A stretch of 64,000 nt of DNA from Pontiella sp. (GTDB lineage: Bacteria > Verrucomicrobiota > Kiritimatiellia > Kiritimatiellales > Pontiellaceae), in assembly GCA_050290185.1 (NCBI GenBank), contig JBNKHE010000003.1:64001-128000 (forward strand), in the 5' to 3' direction. A program made the translations under genes and the position numbers. Positions 10,297 through 18,826 of the stretch are shown piece by piece. The notes under the pieces are model-generated. The model did not search any database and was not told the DNA's origin. It saw nothing but the letters and a program-made list of their open reading frames with translations. Numbering within the stretch: position 1 is the stretch's first letter; each line of letters starts with the position of its first letter.

Positions 10297-11208
10297 ATGA
10301 AATTTTGGATTGTTACTCCCAGTTATAACCAACTGGAATGGCTTAAGTTGTGTGTCGCTTCCGTGGCCGATCAGGCGTCGGAAGATCGAGAGGGTGGAGC
10401 AGGGTGTATCGAGGTGCATCACCATATTCAGGACGCCCTGTCATCAGATGGCACTCCGGAATGGTTGGCAGAGCATGTTGCCCAAAAACCACCAACCATG
10501 AACTATCAATTGACCTTTGTTAGCGAAGCTGACGGAGGCATGTACGATGCTATCAACCGGGGTTGGAAGTGCGCACCGGAGGGGGTGGATGTGATTGCAC
10601 ATTTGAACTGCGATGAGCAGTATCTGCCTGGTGCTTTGCAAACCATCGCAACGTTCATGTCGAAGCATACCAAGGCAGATGTGGTGCTGGCCGATATGAT
10701 TGTGACCGATCGTGATGGGATGTATATATGCCATCGTCGTAGCCTTAAACCGTATCCGATCGTTTCAAAATATACCTGTGCGGGCTTCACTGCCGCCACC
10801 TTTCAGCGATCTTCGGTAACGAAATCCAAAAGAGTGTTTTTTGATACATCTTGGAAAAATGTTGGGGACATGGTTTGGTATAATTCATTACATAGCACTA
10901 ATTGTAGCTTTCGAGTCTGCAACGAAGTTGTCTCCCTGTTTACGGATACCGGAGATAACTTAAATTGGACGGATGACGGAGCTCGAGAGAAACAGCGGTA
11001 TATGAATGCTTTTCTAAGAGGAAGTCCCTTTGGGAGTATAGCCTTTTCAAAGCTGAATGGGTTTCGACGGTGGCTTAAGGAATTTTATACCCATGCGCCA
11101 TCCAGTTATTCAATATATGTTCAGGGAGTGGGCGAACGAGTATATAGAGAGATACTCCATCCTACAGGCCTATGGCATAAAAAACGAGCTAAGCTGGGTT
11201 CCGAATAG
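10297..11208 (+). CDS. Glycosyltransferase family 2 (paralog of 15942-17051)
   Basis: IVTPSYNQ, QDALSSDGT, GMYDAINRG, LNCDEQYLPG. Confidence 0.9.
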   Translation: MKFWIVTPSYNQLEWLKLCVASVADQASEDREGGAGCIEVHHHIQDALSSDGTPEWLAEHVAQKPPTMNYQLTFVSEADGGMYDAINRGWKCAPEGVDVIAHLNCDEQYLPGALQTIATFMSKHTKADVVLADMIVTDRDGMYICHRRSLKPYPIVSKYTCAGFTAATFQRSSVTKSKRVFFDTSWKNVGDMVWYNSLHSTNCSFRVCNEVVSLFTDTGDNLNWTDDGAREKQRYMNAFLRGSPFGSIAFSKLNGFRRWLKEFYTHAPSSYSIYVQGVGERVYREILHPTGLWHKKRAKLGSE

Positions 11209-11300
11209 AATTCCAAGATTGTTGAGACGGAATGGAAGATATGGTTTTAGTTTCCCCAGTAGAATGCTTTATGTGGGATTTTCTGTAACGAGATATAAGC

Positions 11301-11993
11301 ATGAAAGAAAAGAATATCGAGTTGGGCTGCTTTTTCCCTCCTTACAATAGAAGAACCTGTTGTCCTCCTGGGAGGTTGAGGCCTCAACAGGAGAACTACA
11401 GACCCAATATTATCGTTGCGTCATTTCCGAGATCCGGAACCCATCTTTTAATAGATTTAATCCTTAATAATTTTAAGCCGTACAGGAGGAGTCCACTAAT
11501 CGTGGATGTTGATCATTTTATTAATGACAAGGACCGTGTCATGCGTGTGTTGGAATGCGGTGGTTATGTGTTAAAGACCCATTTTCCTGTGAATCCCGAC
11601 GTGGTGCTTTCGGCTTCGGCACAGGACAATATGAAGTTGTTGATTGAGCGTGCGATTATCTTTCGTCCTATACGCGACAAGCATTCAGTATTGAAGTCGG
11701 CGGGTAAAATGTGGCCGTCTCTCAAAGAAACCGAGATCTTAGGTCTTATGGATTCCTTTCAGTTGTTTTGGGAATCGCATAATACAATTGACTTTAAGTT
11801 CATCGACATTACGGGAAATTATTCAAGTGTTGTGGCCCGGATATCGCGATATCTTGGCATTCCAGCACCGAAGAGAATTACTGGTCCATATAGCAAGGAC
11901 AGAGTGTATTTCATCTTGCTAACAAAGCTCCTTACCCGTGTGTTAGGGCGCTTTTCTCCTCTTATAAACACAACTATCGGCTTTGGGAAATAG
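11301..11993 (+). CDS. Sulfotransferase-like protein
   Basis: IIVASFPRSGTHLL (5'-PSB), LKTH; start uncertain. Confidence 0.7.
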   Translation: MKEKNIELGCFFPPYNRRTCCPPGRLRPQQENYRPNIIVASFPRSGTHLLIDLILNNFKPYRRSPLIVDVDHFINDKDRVMRVLECGGYVLKTHFPVNPDVVLSASAQDNMKLLIERAIIFRPIRDKHSVLKSAGKMWPSLKETEILGLMDSFQLFWESHNTIDFKFIDITGNYSSVVARISRYLGIPAPKRITGPYSKDRVYFILLTKLLTRVLGRFSPLINTTIGFGK

Positions 11994-12008
11994 TCTGGAA
12001 TTTGTCCT

Positions 12009-13319
12009 GTGAAAATCATTCAGGCTCACAACTATTACCTGCATGCTGGTGGCGAGGATGCGGTGGTTGCCGCGGAGCGGCAAATGCTTGAGATTCAAGG
12101 GAATATCGTTGTTCCTTACTATAAGAGTAATGAAGATATTGCGGCTTCTAGCAATAAGCTAATAGCTGTTGGCCAACTGCTAAAGGCTTCCCTTAGGACT
12201 ATCTGGAACCACCAGACGTACCGAGAGTTTCAGAAGCTACTTCAAAGTGAAAAGCCGGATGTGGTGCATTGCCACAACACCTTTCCGCTGATCTCTCCGT
12301 CGATCTACTGGGCCTGCGCGAAGGAAAAAGTTCCCGTTGTCCAAACTCTCCACAACTATAGACTCTTGTGCTTAAACGCTTTTTTGTTTCGAACCACGAA
12401 GAGTCACGAAAATAAGAACCTCTGCGACTCTGCGGCTTTGAGCGAGAATAAATCTGGTATATGCGAATTGTGCGTTAATAAATCCTTCAAGTGGCCCGGT
12501 ATCCGGTATCGCTGTTATCGCGGATCGTTGCCGGGGTCGCTCGTCGTTACGCTGATGCTTTTTGTCCACAAGCTGCGGGGAACTTGGACCAAAAAGGTAA
12601 CGGCCTACATTGCCCTGACCGAGTTTCAAAAACGGAAAATGGTGGAAGAGGGACTTCCGGGGGATAAAATTTTGGTGAAATCCAACTTCATCGACGATTC
12701 ATCGATGAAAGAGCCATTAGCCTCCAATGACTCTGTGCCCTCTGTGGTGGATAAACCGTACTGCATATTTGTGGGAAGGTTGAGCCCTGAAAAGGGGTGC
12801 GATGTACTGCTAAAAGCGTGGGCGCGTTTCGGGGAAATGCCAATAGCTAACGATCATCAGCCCCAGCTGCTTATCGCTGGAGACGGTCCCGAACGCGAAT
12901 CTCTCGAAAAGCTGTCTGCCGACCTCTGTCTGACGACCTCTGTCACATTTCTCGGCAAACAGTCAAAGGGAAGTGTACTTTCTTTAATGCGCAACGCGCA
13001 GTTTCTCGCGCTTCCCTCCGTTTGGTACGAAGGGTTTCCAATGACGATTGTGGAAGCATTTTCGTGCGGAACGCCTGTTGTTGCCTCCAATGACGGAGGA
13101 ATGCTGGATGTGATTGACGAAGGAAAAACCGGTTTGCTTTTTTCCATGGGCGATGTAAATGCGCTGGCGAACACGCTCCTATGGGCGTTTGAACATCTCG
13201 AAGAGATGGCATCAATGAGTGCTGCCGCTCACAAGGATTTTAGCGAGAAGTTTTCGTCGGACATCAACTATGGAGAGCTCATAGGGATCTATGAACGGGC
13301 GTTGGGCATCAGGTGTTAG
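12009..13319 (+). CDS. Glycosyltransferase family 4 with repeat-derived insertions
   Basis: HNYY..GGED, HCHNTFPLISPS, FVGRLSPEKG, PSVWYEGFPMTIVEAF. Confidence 0.92.
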   Translation: MKIIQAHNYYLHAGGEDAVVAAERQMLEIQGNIVVPYYKSNEDIAASSNKLIAVGQLLKASLRTIWNHQTYREFQKLLQSEKPDVVHCHNTFPLISPSIYWACAKEKVPVVQTLHNYRLLCLNAFLFRTTKSHENKNLCDSAALSENKSGICELCVNKSFKWPGIRYRCYRGSLPGSLVVTLMLFVHKLRGTWTKKVTAYIALTEFQKRKMVEEGLPGDKILVKSNFIDDSSMKEPLASNDSVPSVVDKPYCIFVGRLSPEKGCDVLLKAWARFGEMPIANDHQPQLLIAGDGPERESLEKLSADLCLTTSVTFLGKQSKGSVLSLMRNAQFLALPSVWYEGFPMTIVEAFSCGTPVVASNDGGMLDVIDEGKTGLLFSMGDVNALANTLLWAFEHLEEMASMSAAAHKDFSEKFSSDINYGELIGIYERALGIRC

Positions 13320-13329
13320 GATTTCGGTC

Positions 13330-15753
13330 ATGACTGTACTTTTCTTGTATATCATCACATTGTGCTCATTCACCTTCTATGGCGTGGTGGGCGAGGACAA
13401 GACATGGTTGCTGGCGCCTTTGTTTCTTTTCAGCTATGCGGCAATTACGATTGCCTTGCTGAAAAGAGCATCCTCCTTCGCTCAAGCTTCAGCGGACAGA
13501 TTTGGCATGGGGCATGGCAATGAGAAGCTAAGAGCTAATAGCCAACAGCCAACAGCCGGAGCATTGCTTATCCTTTTTCTCCTATGGGGAATAGCAATGA
13601 TCCCCCAGGCAACGGTGCCTTTCGAGTCAAAGCTGGTGATGCTGTTCATCGGCGGGGTGGTGGGGGCTTATCTCGTATGGGGCGGGGAACTGACGACGTT
13701 CAAGGACAACCGGCTTCTGTTGGGCTTCCTGATCTTTGTCGTGATGGGACTGGCGCTGTATGGCCTGATCATCTATTTCCGTTGCCCGGACAGGATCCTA
13801 TGGACGGAACGGTATGCCGACTATCCCGGTCGCTTGGCGTCGACCTATATCTGCCCGAATCACTTTGCCCATTTGATGCAGATGCTGATGCCGTTCTGCG
13901 CGGCGTTGCTGTTCATTCCCCAGACGGGCATCTTTCTGCGCCTGCTGGCGGGATATAGTTTGCTGGTGTTTCTTCCGCCCTTGTTCCTGACCGAATCGCG
14001 CGCAGGGTGGCTGGGTTCGATTGTCGGGGTGGGGGTCGTAGCCTGCCTGATGGCGCTGCGCCGCAGCAAAAAGTTGTTCCTGCTCCTGGTGATCTTCGTC
14101 CCGTTGTGTTCAACGCTCATCCTGTTCGCGGGATGGCGGTTTTCCGAAACCTTCCACCGCCGGGTCACACCGGTCGTGGAATTCCTGAAGTATCAGGGTG
14201 AAGAGGGCGTTGGCAGCGAGTCGAAGGATTTCCGGCCGCAGACCTGGATGGATACGATCGATATGGTCAAGGAGGCCCCGCTGATCGGTTTCGGACCGGG
14301 GAACTACCGGTATACTTTTCCAGAGCACCGCAATCGCTTCAAAGGACGCCAGGTTGTTACCGGCCACCCGCACAATGAATATCTGGAACTGATCGCGGAT
14401 TATGGGCTGATTGGATTTGCCCTGTTTGCCCTGGCCTGGATCTATGGTTTGATCCGGATCCTGATTGCGTCGTTGAAGTCGGAGGAAGTGCGCCATGCCT
14501 TCATCGGCTTTGCCTTTGTCGGCACCGCCGCTGGAACGATGGTCCACTCCTTCTTCGACTTCGAGATGCATGTGTATCCCAACGCGCTTGTTTTCGCGTT
14601 GCTGGCCGCCTTGGCCTGGGGACCGTTGGCCGCGCAGAAGGCAAAAGGCGTCAGGCGTCGGGCCCGGGACTCCAGAGACCATGAACCGCAAACGGCCAAC
14701 TCCAAACTTCACGCTGCATTTTCACACAGAGATAGCAGAGATAACGGAGGGCAGAAGTCAGCAGCCAGCTCCGAACTGTTGGTTCAAAATGATTCCCCAA
14801 CAATCAGCAACGTTCAACGTTCAACATTTAACGTGCAGCGTTTAGCAACATGGCTCCTTGCCATCGGCTACCTGTCGTTAACCGTTCTCTGTCTTCAGAC
14901 CATGTCGTCCGCCTTCATCCGTGCTATGGCGGATAAGAAGGTGGAGACATTGGTCACTCGCCATGCACCCAGCTCCAAGCTCCATGCACAGCATCTTTAC
15001 GAGCTGTCAGCTCGGATAGATGCTGCGAACTGGCGGGCGTACAAGGGGATGGCGGATTTACTCTCTAATCAGCGTTACTATTCGCTCGATATGGAGGAGA
15101 AGGTCCAGCTGGCCGAGGAGGAGCGTGGTTGGTACGAGAAGACCTATGTGCAGAATCCGAAGGATCCGGAGCTCATCTCTGCCTACGGAAAATGTCTCAT
15201 TTTTCTCGGAAATGCCGAGAGCATGGGACATAGGGCAGGGAGTCGGGTGGAAGAAATATCACGCAGCGATAGCGGAGACAGCGGAGAGGATAATGCAAAA
15301 CAAACGCTCTCTGTTAACGCTGTGCGAGATAATGATTCATTTACACCTGCAGAACTAATCGATCATGGACTGGAGCTGCTCCGCGAAGCGTGCAGCTACC
15401 GCCCATTCAACGATGTCTACTGGTGGACGCTGGGCGTGGAGTTGCGTAAGCTGGGTCGCTACGAAGAAGCGTTGGACGTATTTAAAAAGGCGCAGTCGAT
15501 CCGCCGTACGCCAACGACGGTCGCCAATATAAAGTGGATCGAGAAGCAGATAGCCCTTCGGCTTCACTCAGGGCAGGCAGGGGACGGGAGAAAGGACGCA
15601 GGAGCCAGGGAGCAGGAATCTGAGCCGGCAGAAAGGGAACCTCAAACCGCAAACCCCAAACCGCAAACCTCAACGAACTTCGTCCTCCCCGACCCGACCA
15701 ACGCAGCGGCTGATCCGGGGTTGATGAAGCTGCTTGACCAAATGGAAGAATAG
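13330..15753 (+). CDS. O-antigen ligase (WaaL/Wzy_C) family protein with C-terminal TPR-like region; several repeat-derived insertions
   Basis: TYICPNHFA, LTESRAGWLG, GFGPGNY, HPHNEYLELIADYGLIG, VHSFFDF; helical repeats at C-terminus; start uncertain. Confidence 0.85.
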   Translation: MTVLFLYIITLCSFTFYGVVGEDKTWLLAPLFLFSYAAITIALLKRASSFAQASADRFGMGHGNEKLRANSQQPTAGALLILFLLWGIAMIPQATVPFESKLVMLFIGGVVGAYLVWGGELTTFKDNRLLLGFLIFVVMGLALYGLIIYFRCPDRILWTERYADYPGRLASTYICPNHFAHLMQMLMPFCAALLFIPQTGIFLRLLAGYSLLVFLPPLFLTESRAGWLGSIVGVGVVACLMALRRSKKLFLLLVIFVPLCSTLILFAGWRFSETFHRRVTPVVEFLKYQGEEGVGSESKDFRPQTWMDTIDMVKEAPLIGFGPGNYRYTFPEHRNRFKGRQVVTGHPHNEYLELIADYGLIGFALFALAWIYGLIRILIASLKSEEVRHAFIGFAFVGTAAGTMVHSFFDFEMHVYPNALVFALLAALAWGPLAAQKAKGVRRRARDSRDHEPQTANSKLHAAFSHRDSRDNGGQKSAASSELLVQNDSPTISNVQRSTFNVQRLATWLLAIGYLSLTVLCLQTMSSAFIRAMADKKVETLVTRHAPSSKLHAQHLYELSARIDAANWRAYKGMADLLSNQRYYSLDMEEKVQLAEEERGWYEKTYVQNPKDPELISAYGKCLIFLGNAESMGHRAGSRVEEISRSDSGDSGEDNAKQTLSVNAVRDNDSFTPAELIDHGLELLREACSYRPFNDVYWWTLGVELRKLGRYEEALDVFKKAQSIRRTPTTVANIKWIEKQIALRLHSGQAGDGRKDAGAREQESEPAEREPQTANPKPQTSTNFVLPDPTNAAADPGLMKLLDQMEE

Positions 15754-15941
15754 GAAGCTTACCTCAGATCTTGCAGAACAACGTAGATAAGATCTCCCGC
15801 GGAGATAGCGGCTTCCGGCTCATGGAGGCTACACCCTAGAGGGAGCAAGCAACGACCTTTAAAGCGATACTAAGTACCATGTTTTTACTACCTCTTATCT
15901 TCATCGCTGACTCCGTTGACTTTGTGTGATATTTATCCGAA

Positions 15942-17051
15942 ATGTTAATGCACTTTACCATAATCACCCCATCCTTCAACCAGCTCGGCTATCTCAAACG
16001 GTGTGTGGCTTCAGTCGCTGATCAAGTGACTGAAAGCATGGAACATGGAGCGGGGCGCATAGAGGTGTGCCACCATGTTCAGGACGGTGGTTCGACGGAT
16101 GGTGCCCGCGAATGGCTGGAGTGTTATGCGAACGAAGTCCGCGAGCAAAATACAGAGGACACAGGACAGAGGACGGAGGACTGCTCCCCTAATGCCGAAT
16201 GTCTAGCGCCTGGTGCCTACACTTTCACGTATGCAAGTGCACCGGATAACGGGATGTATGATGCGATCAACAAAGGTGTGGCCTTTGCGTTAAATCGGTC
16301 TACGACCTCGTTGAATTCGTTAAAGCAGGCTTCGCCTTCGTTAAATCCGTGCCCGAACGATTTCAACGTCTTGAACCTTCAACATTCAACGAAACCTCGC
16401 GACAGCGTGATCGCCTGGCTGAACTGCGACGAACAGTATCTGCCAGGAACCCTGCATAAGGTGGCGGTTTTTTTTGAGCAGCATCCGGAGGTGGATATTG
16501 TGTTCGGTGGCATGCTGATGGTGGATGAGGCTGGAAAGCTGCTGGCTTGCCGCAAGGCCATGCCGATGCGGCGGTTGTTCCTTGAGGCGTCTTATTTATA
16601 TAACTATTCCTGTGCGATGTTTTTTCGTCGATCGGCGTGGGAGAAGTTGGGCGGATTCGATTCAGCCTATCGCAATGCCGGGGATGAAGAGCTGGTGCGA
16701 CGAGCGATGAAGCTGGGGATGAAGACTGCTGTAGTGGATGGTTATCTTTCGGTCTTTACCTATGCAGGGCACAACCTAAGTTCGGAGGGGACGTCCGCCG
16801 TTCAGGAGCATGAGCGACTGAAACAATCAGAATCCCGGGCAAGCCGGTGGCTCCGTTTACCGATCAATCTGGCCCGGCTGGCGGAAAAGTGGATGCGCGG
16901 AGGACTACATGAGCGCGGGGCTTTAGTCTTTGAAATCTACACGGACCCATTGGAAGCGCGCTCCCTTTTTGAAGAGGATAACCCAAGTTGCCACTGGCCT
17001 GGTGAGGTGAAGCCGTATCTGCTCAATCATAGATTGAGCGATAGGCGTTAG
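15942..17051 (+). CDS. Glycosyltransferase family 2 with repeat-derived insertions
   Basis: IITPSFNQ, QDGGSTDG, GMYDAINKG, WLNCDEQYLPG. Confidence 0.9.
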   Translation: MLMHFTIITPSFNQLGYLKRCVASVADQVTESMEHGAGRIEVCHHVQDGGSTDGAREWLECYANEVREQNTEDTGQRTEDCSPNAECLAPGAYTFTYASAPDNGMYDAINKGVAFALNRSTTSLNSLKQASPSLNPCPNDFNVLNLQHSTKPRDSVIAWLNCDEQYLPGTLHKVAVFFEQHPEVDIVFGGMLMVDEAGKLLACRKAMPMRRLFLEASYLYNYSCAMFFRRSAWEKLGGFDSAYRNAGDEELVRRAMKLGMKTAVVDGYLSVFTYAGHNLSSEGTSAVQEHERLKQSESRASRWLRLPINLARLAEKWMRGGLHERGALVFEIYTDPLEARSLFEEDNPSCHWPGEVKPYLLNHRLSDRR

Positions 17052-17067
17052 GTATAGGTGTTGGGTC
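17034..17067 (+). repeat. G/T-rich degenerate heptamers (TTAGGTA/TTGGGT) upstream of four-helix-bundle gene 2
   Basis: ttgagcg ataggcg ttaggta taggtg ttgggtc; approximately the reverse complement of the downstream CCCAATA/CCTAA units. Confidence 0.65.
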
Positions 17068-17128
17068 GCGGATGACAGATGGAAAACGTTGAGTCTTTAG
17101 AGTGATATTATCTTGAGCGGGATTTGTG

Positions 17129-17500
17129 ATGGGCGAGCAAGGTTTTAGGCAACTGCGTGTTTGGCAGGAGGCAAAGGCATTGGCTGTCGACGTATACTTG
17201 TTAATCCGAAAATCACTTGCCCTGGACAAGGATTGGGGCCTGAAGGATCAGATGCAGCGGTCTGCCGTATCTATTCCTTCCAATATCGCCGAGGGTGATG
17301 CCCGAAAATCCAACAAGGATTCTATTCGCTTCTTTCACATTGCTTTGGGATCTGCAGCAGAGCTAGCTACTCAGTTGGAGATAGCACTTGAACTTGGGTT
17401 CATCGATGAACTGCCATGCCATGGAATCATTAATCGACTAGATCAGTTGTCGAAAAGCCTTGGCGCTCTCGTCAAGGGGCGGCAACAGCCCAATACCTAA
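17129..17500 (+). CDS. Four-helix-bundle protein (TIGR02436 / Avd-like), second paralog
   Basis: FRQLRVWQEAK, DWGLKDQMQRSAVSIPSNIAEG, RFFHIALGSAAELATQL. Confidence 0.93.
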   Translation: MGEQGFRQLRVWQEAKALAVDVYLLIRKSLALDKDWGLKDQMQRSAVSIPSNIAEGDARKSNKDSIRFFHIALGSAAELATQLEIALELGFIDELPCHGIINRLDQLSKSLGALVKGRQQPNT

Positions 17501-17595
17501 AACCTACATATAATGTCAAAATCCAAACACCGAGCACCTCTTAATACCCAATACACTATGCCTGTATCCCAATACCCAATACCCAATACCCAATG
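17489..17595 (+). repeat. CCCAATA-family heptamer arrays starting at the end of four-helix-bundle gene 2; (CCCAATA)x3+CCCAATG at 17568-17595
   Basis: cccaata cctaaaa ccta; taataccc aatac; cccaata cccaata cccaata cccaatg. Confidence 0.9.
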
Positions 17596-18826
17596 TCCGA
17601 CGCGACACCGTCGCGTGGCTATCGATCTGGTTCCGATTCGTGTCGGCGAGGGCGGGACGGGGAGTGGGATCTGGACCTACGCCCGCGAGCTGCTCCTTGC
17701 GATGGATCGGTCGGAGGTCCATGAACTGGAAATCCTTGCGCTGGTCAATGAAGGCCAAGTGCCGTTTTTGTCGGATTTGAAACATATTCGGTTGGTGCGC
17801 TTTCGCGGGGGAGGAAAGAGCATCATCCGGCGATTGTTTTGGGTCCATCTGCAACTGCCGCTCCATTGCTTGTTCAGACGGGTGGATGTGCTCCATAAAC
17901 TGGCGACCGATACGCCGCTGTTTTGTCACTCCAAACGGGTGACCACCATCCACGATTTTTATTACGAGTTCTTGATGGAGCAGCGATCCAGGGAAAGCAT
18001 CCGGCTCTACGAACGTGTGGAGAGCGCTTATTTTTCGATGGTGACAAAAGCCTGCTTCAAGAAATCAAACGCCATTATTACCGTATCGAACGCCACCCGG
18101 GAAGAAGCGGTTCGACGCTATCCCGGTTCCAAAGATCGCATTGCCGTGATTCATCATGGGGCGCCGTACTTGCAGCCGATAGCCGATAGCCGACAGCCAA
18201 GAGCCAAAGAGTCATCCGCACTTCCGTCATCAACCATCAACCATCAATCATCAACGGATATTAAACGTGACGCGTTCAATATCCTCTGCGTCGCCAAGTT
18301 CATGGAACACAAGGGACAGCACCTTCTGCTCAAGGCGTTTGAGCGGTTGCTTGCAGAACACCCTGAGTGTGCGGACACGACCAGACTGACGCTCCGCGGT
18401 TTTCATAATGATTCTGACTATTACGAGGCGATTTGCCGAAAGATCAACGATAGCCGATATGCTTCGAATATTGATCTTGTGGCCTTCGATCCCAAGGACA
18501 CCATCGGGGACATATACCGTAATGCGGATCTGGTGGTTCTGCTTTCGGGTTATGAGGGATTTGGTCTGCCGGTTTTGGAGGCCCAGTCGATGGGCGTGCC
18601 CGTGTTGTGTTCCGACCTGCCGGTCTTGCGGGAGGTCGGTGGAGATGGAGCTGTATATGTAGCGAGGGACGATATAGAACGCGTGGCTAGAGCTATGCAT
18701 CGGTTTATTTTCGATGTCGATTATTATGATGCCCTGCGGAATGAAGCCTCTGGAAATATCCAGCGGTTTTCATGGAACTTAGCCGCCGAGAAGACCTTGA
18801 ATGCCTATGCAATCTGTTTCGCTTAG
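17513..18826 (+). CDS. Glycosyltransferase family 4 (mannosyltransferase-like); start uncertain (17513/17558/17615)
   Basis: VTTIHD, IITVSNAT, HKGQ, SGYEGFGLPVLEAQSMGVPV. Confidence 0.9.
   Translation: MSKSKHRAPLNTQYTMPVSQYPIPNTQCPTRHRRVAIDLVPIRVGEGGTGSGIWTYARELLLAMDRSEVHELEILALVNEGQVPFLSDLKHIRLVRFRGGGKSIIRRLFWVHLQLPLHCLFRRVDVLHKLATDTPLFCHSKRVTTIHDFYYEFLMEQRSRESIRLYERVESAYFSMVTKACFKKSNAIITVSNATREEAVRRYPGSKDRIAVIHHGAPYLQPIADSRQPRAKESSALPSSTINHQSSTDIKRDAFNILCVAKFMEHKGQHLLLKAFERLLAEHPECADTTRLTLRGFHNDSDYYEAICRKINDSRYASNIDLVAFDPKDTIGDIYRNADLVVLLSGYEGFGLPVLEAQSMGVPVLCSDLPVLREVGGDGAVYVARDDIERVARAMHRFIFDVDYYDALRNEASGNIQRFSWNLAAEKTLNAYAICFA

Noticed and set aside
304..17500. Diversity-generating retroelement suggested by Avd-like genes
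   Set aside because: No reverse transcriptase and no TR/VR pair with adenine-specific mismatches found in the window; a trans-acting RT cannot be excluded
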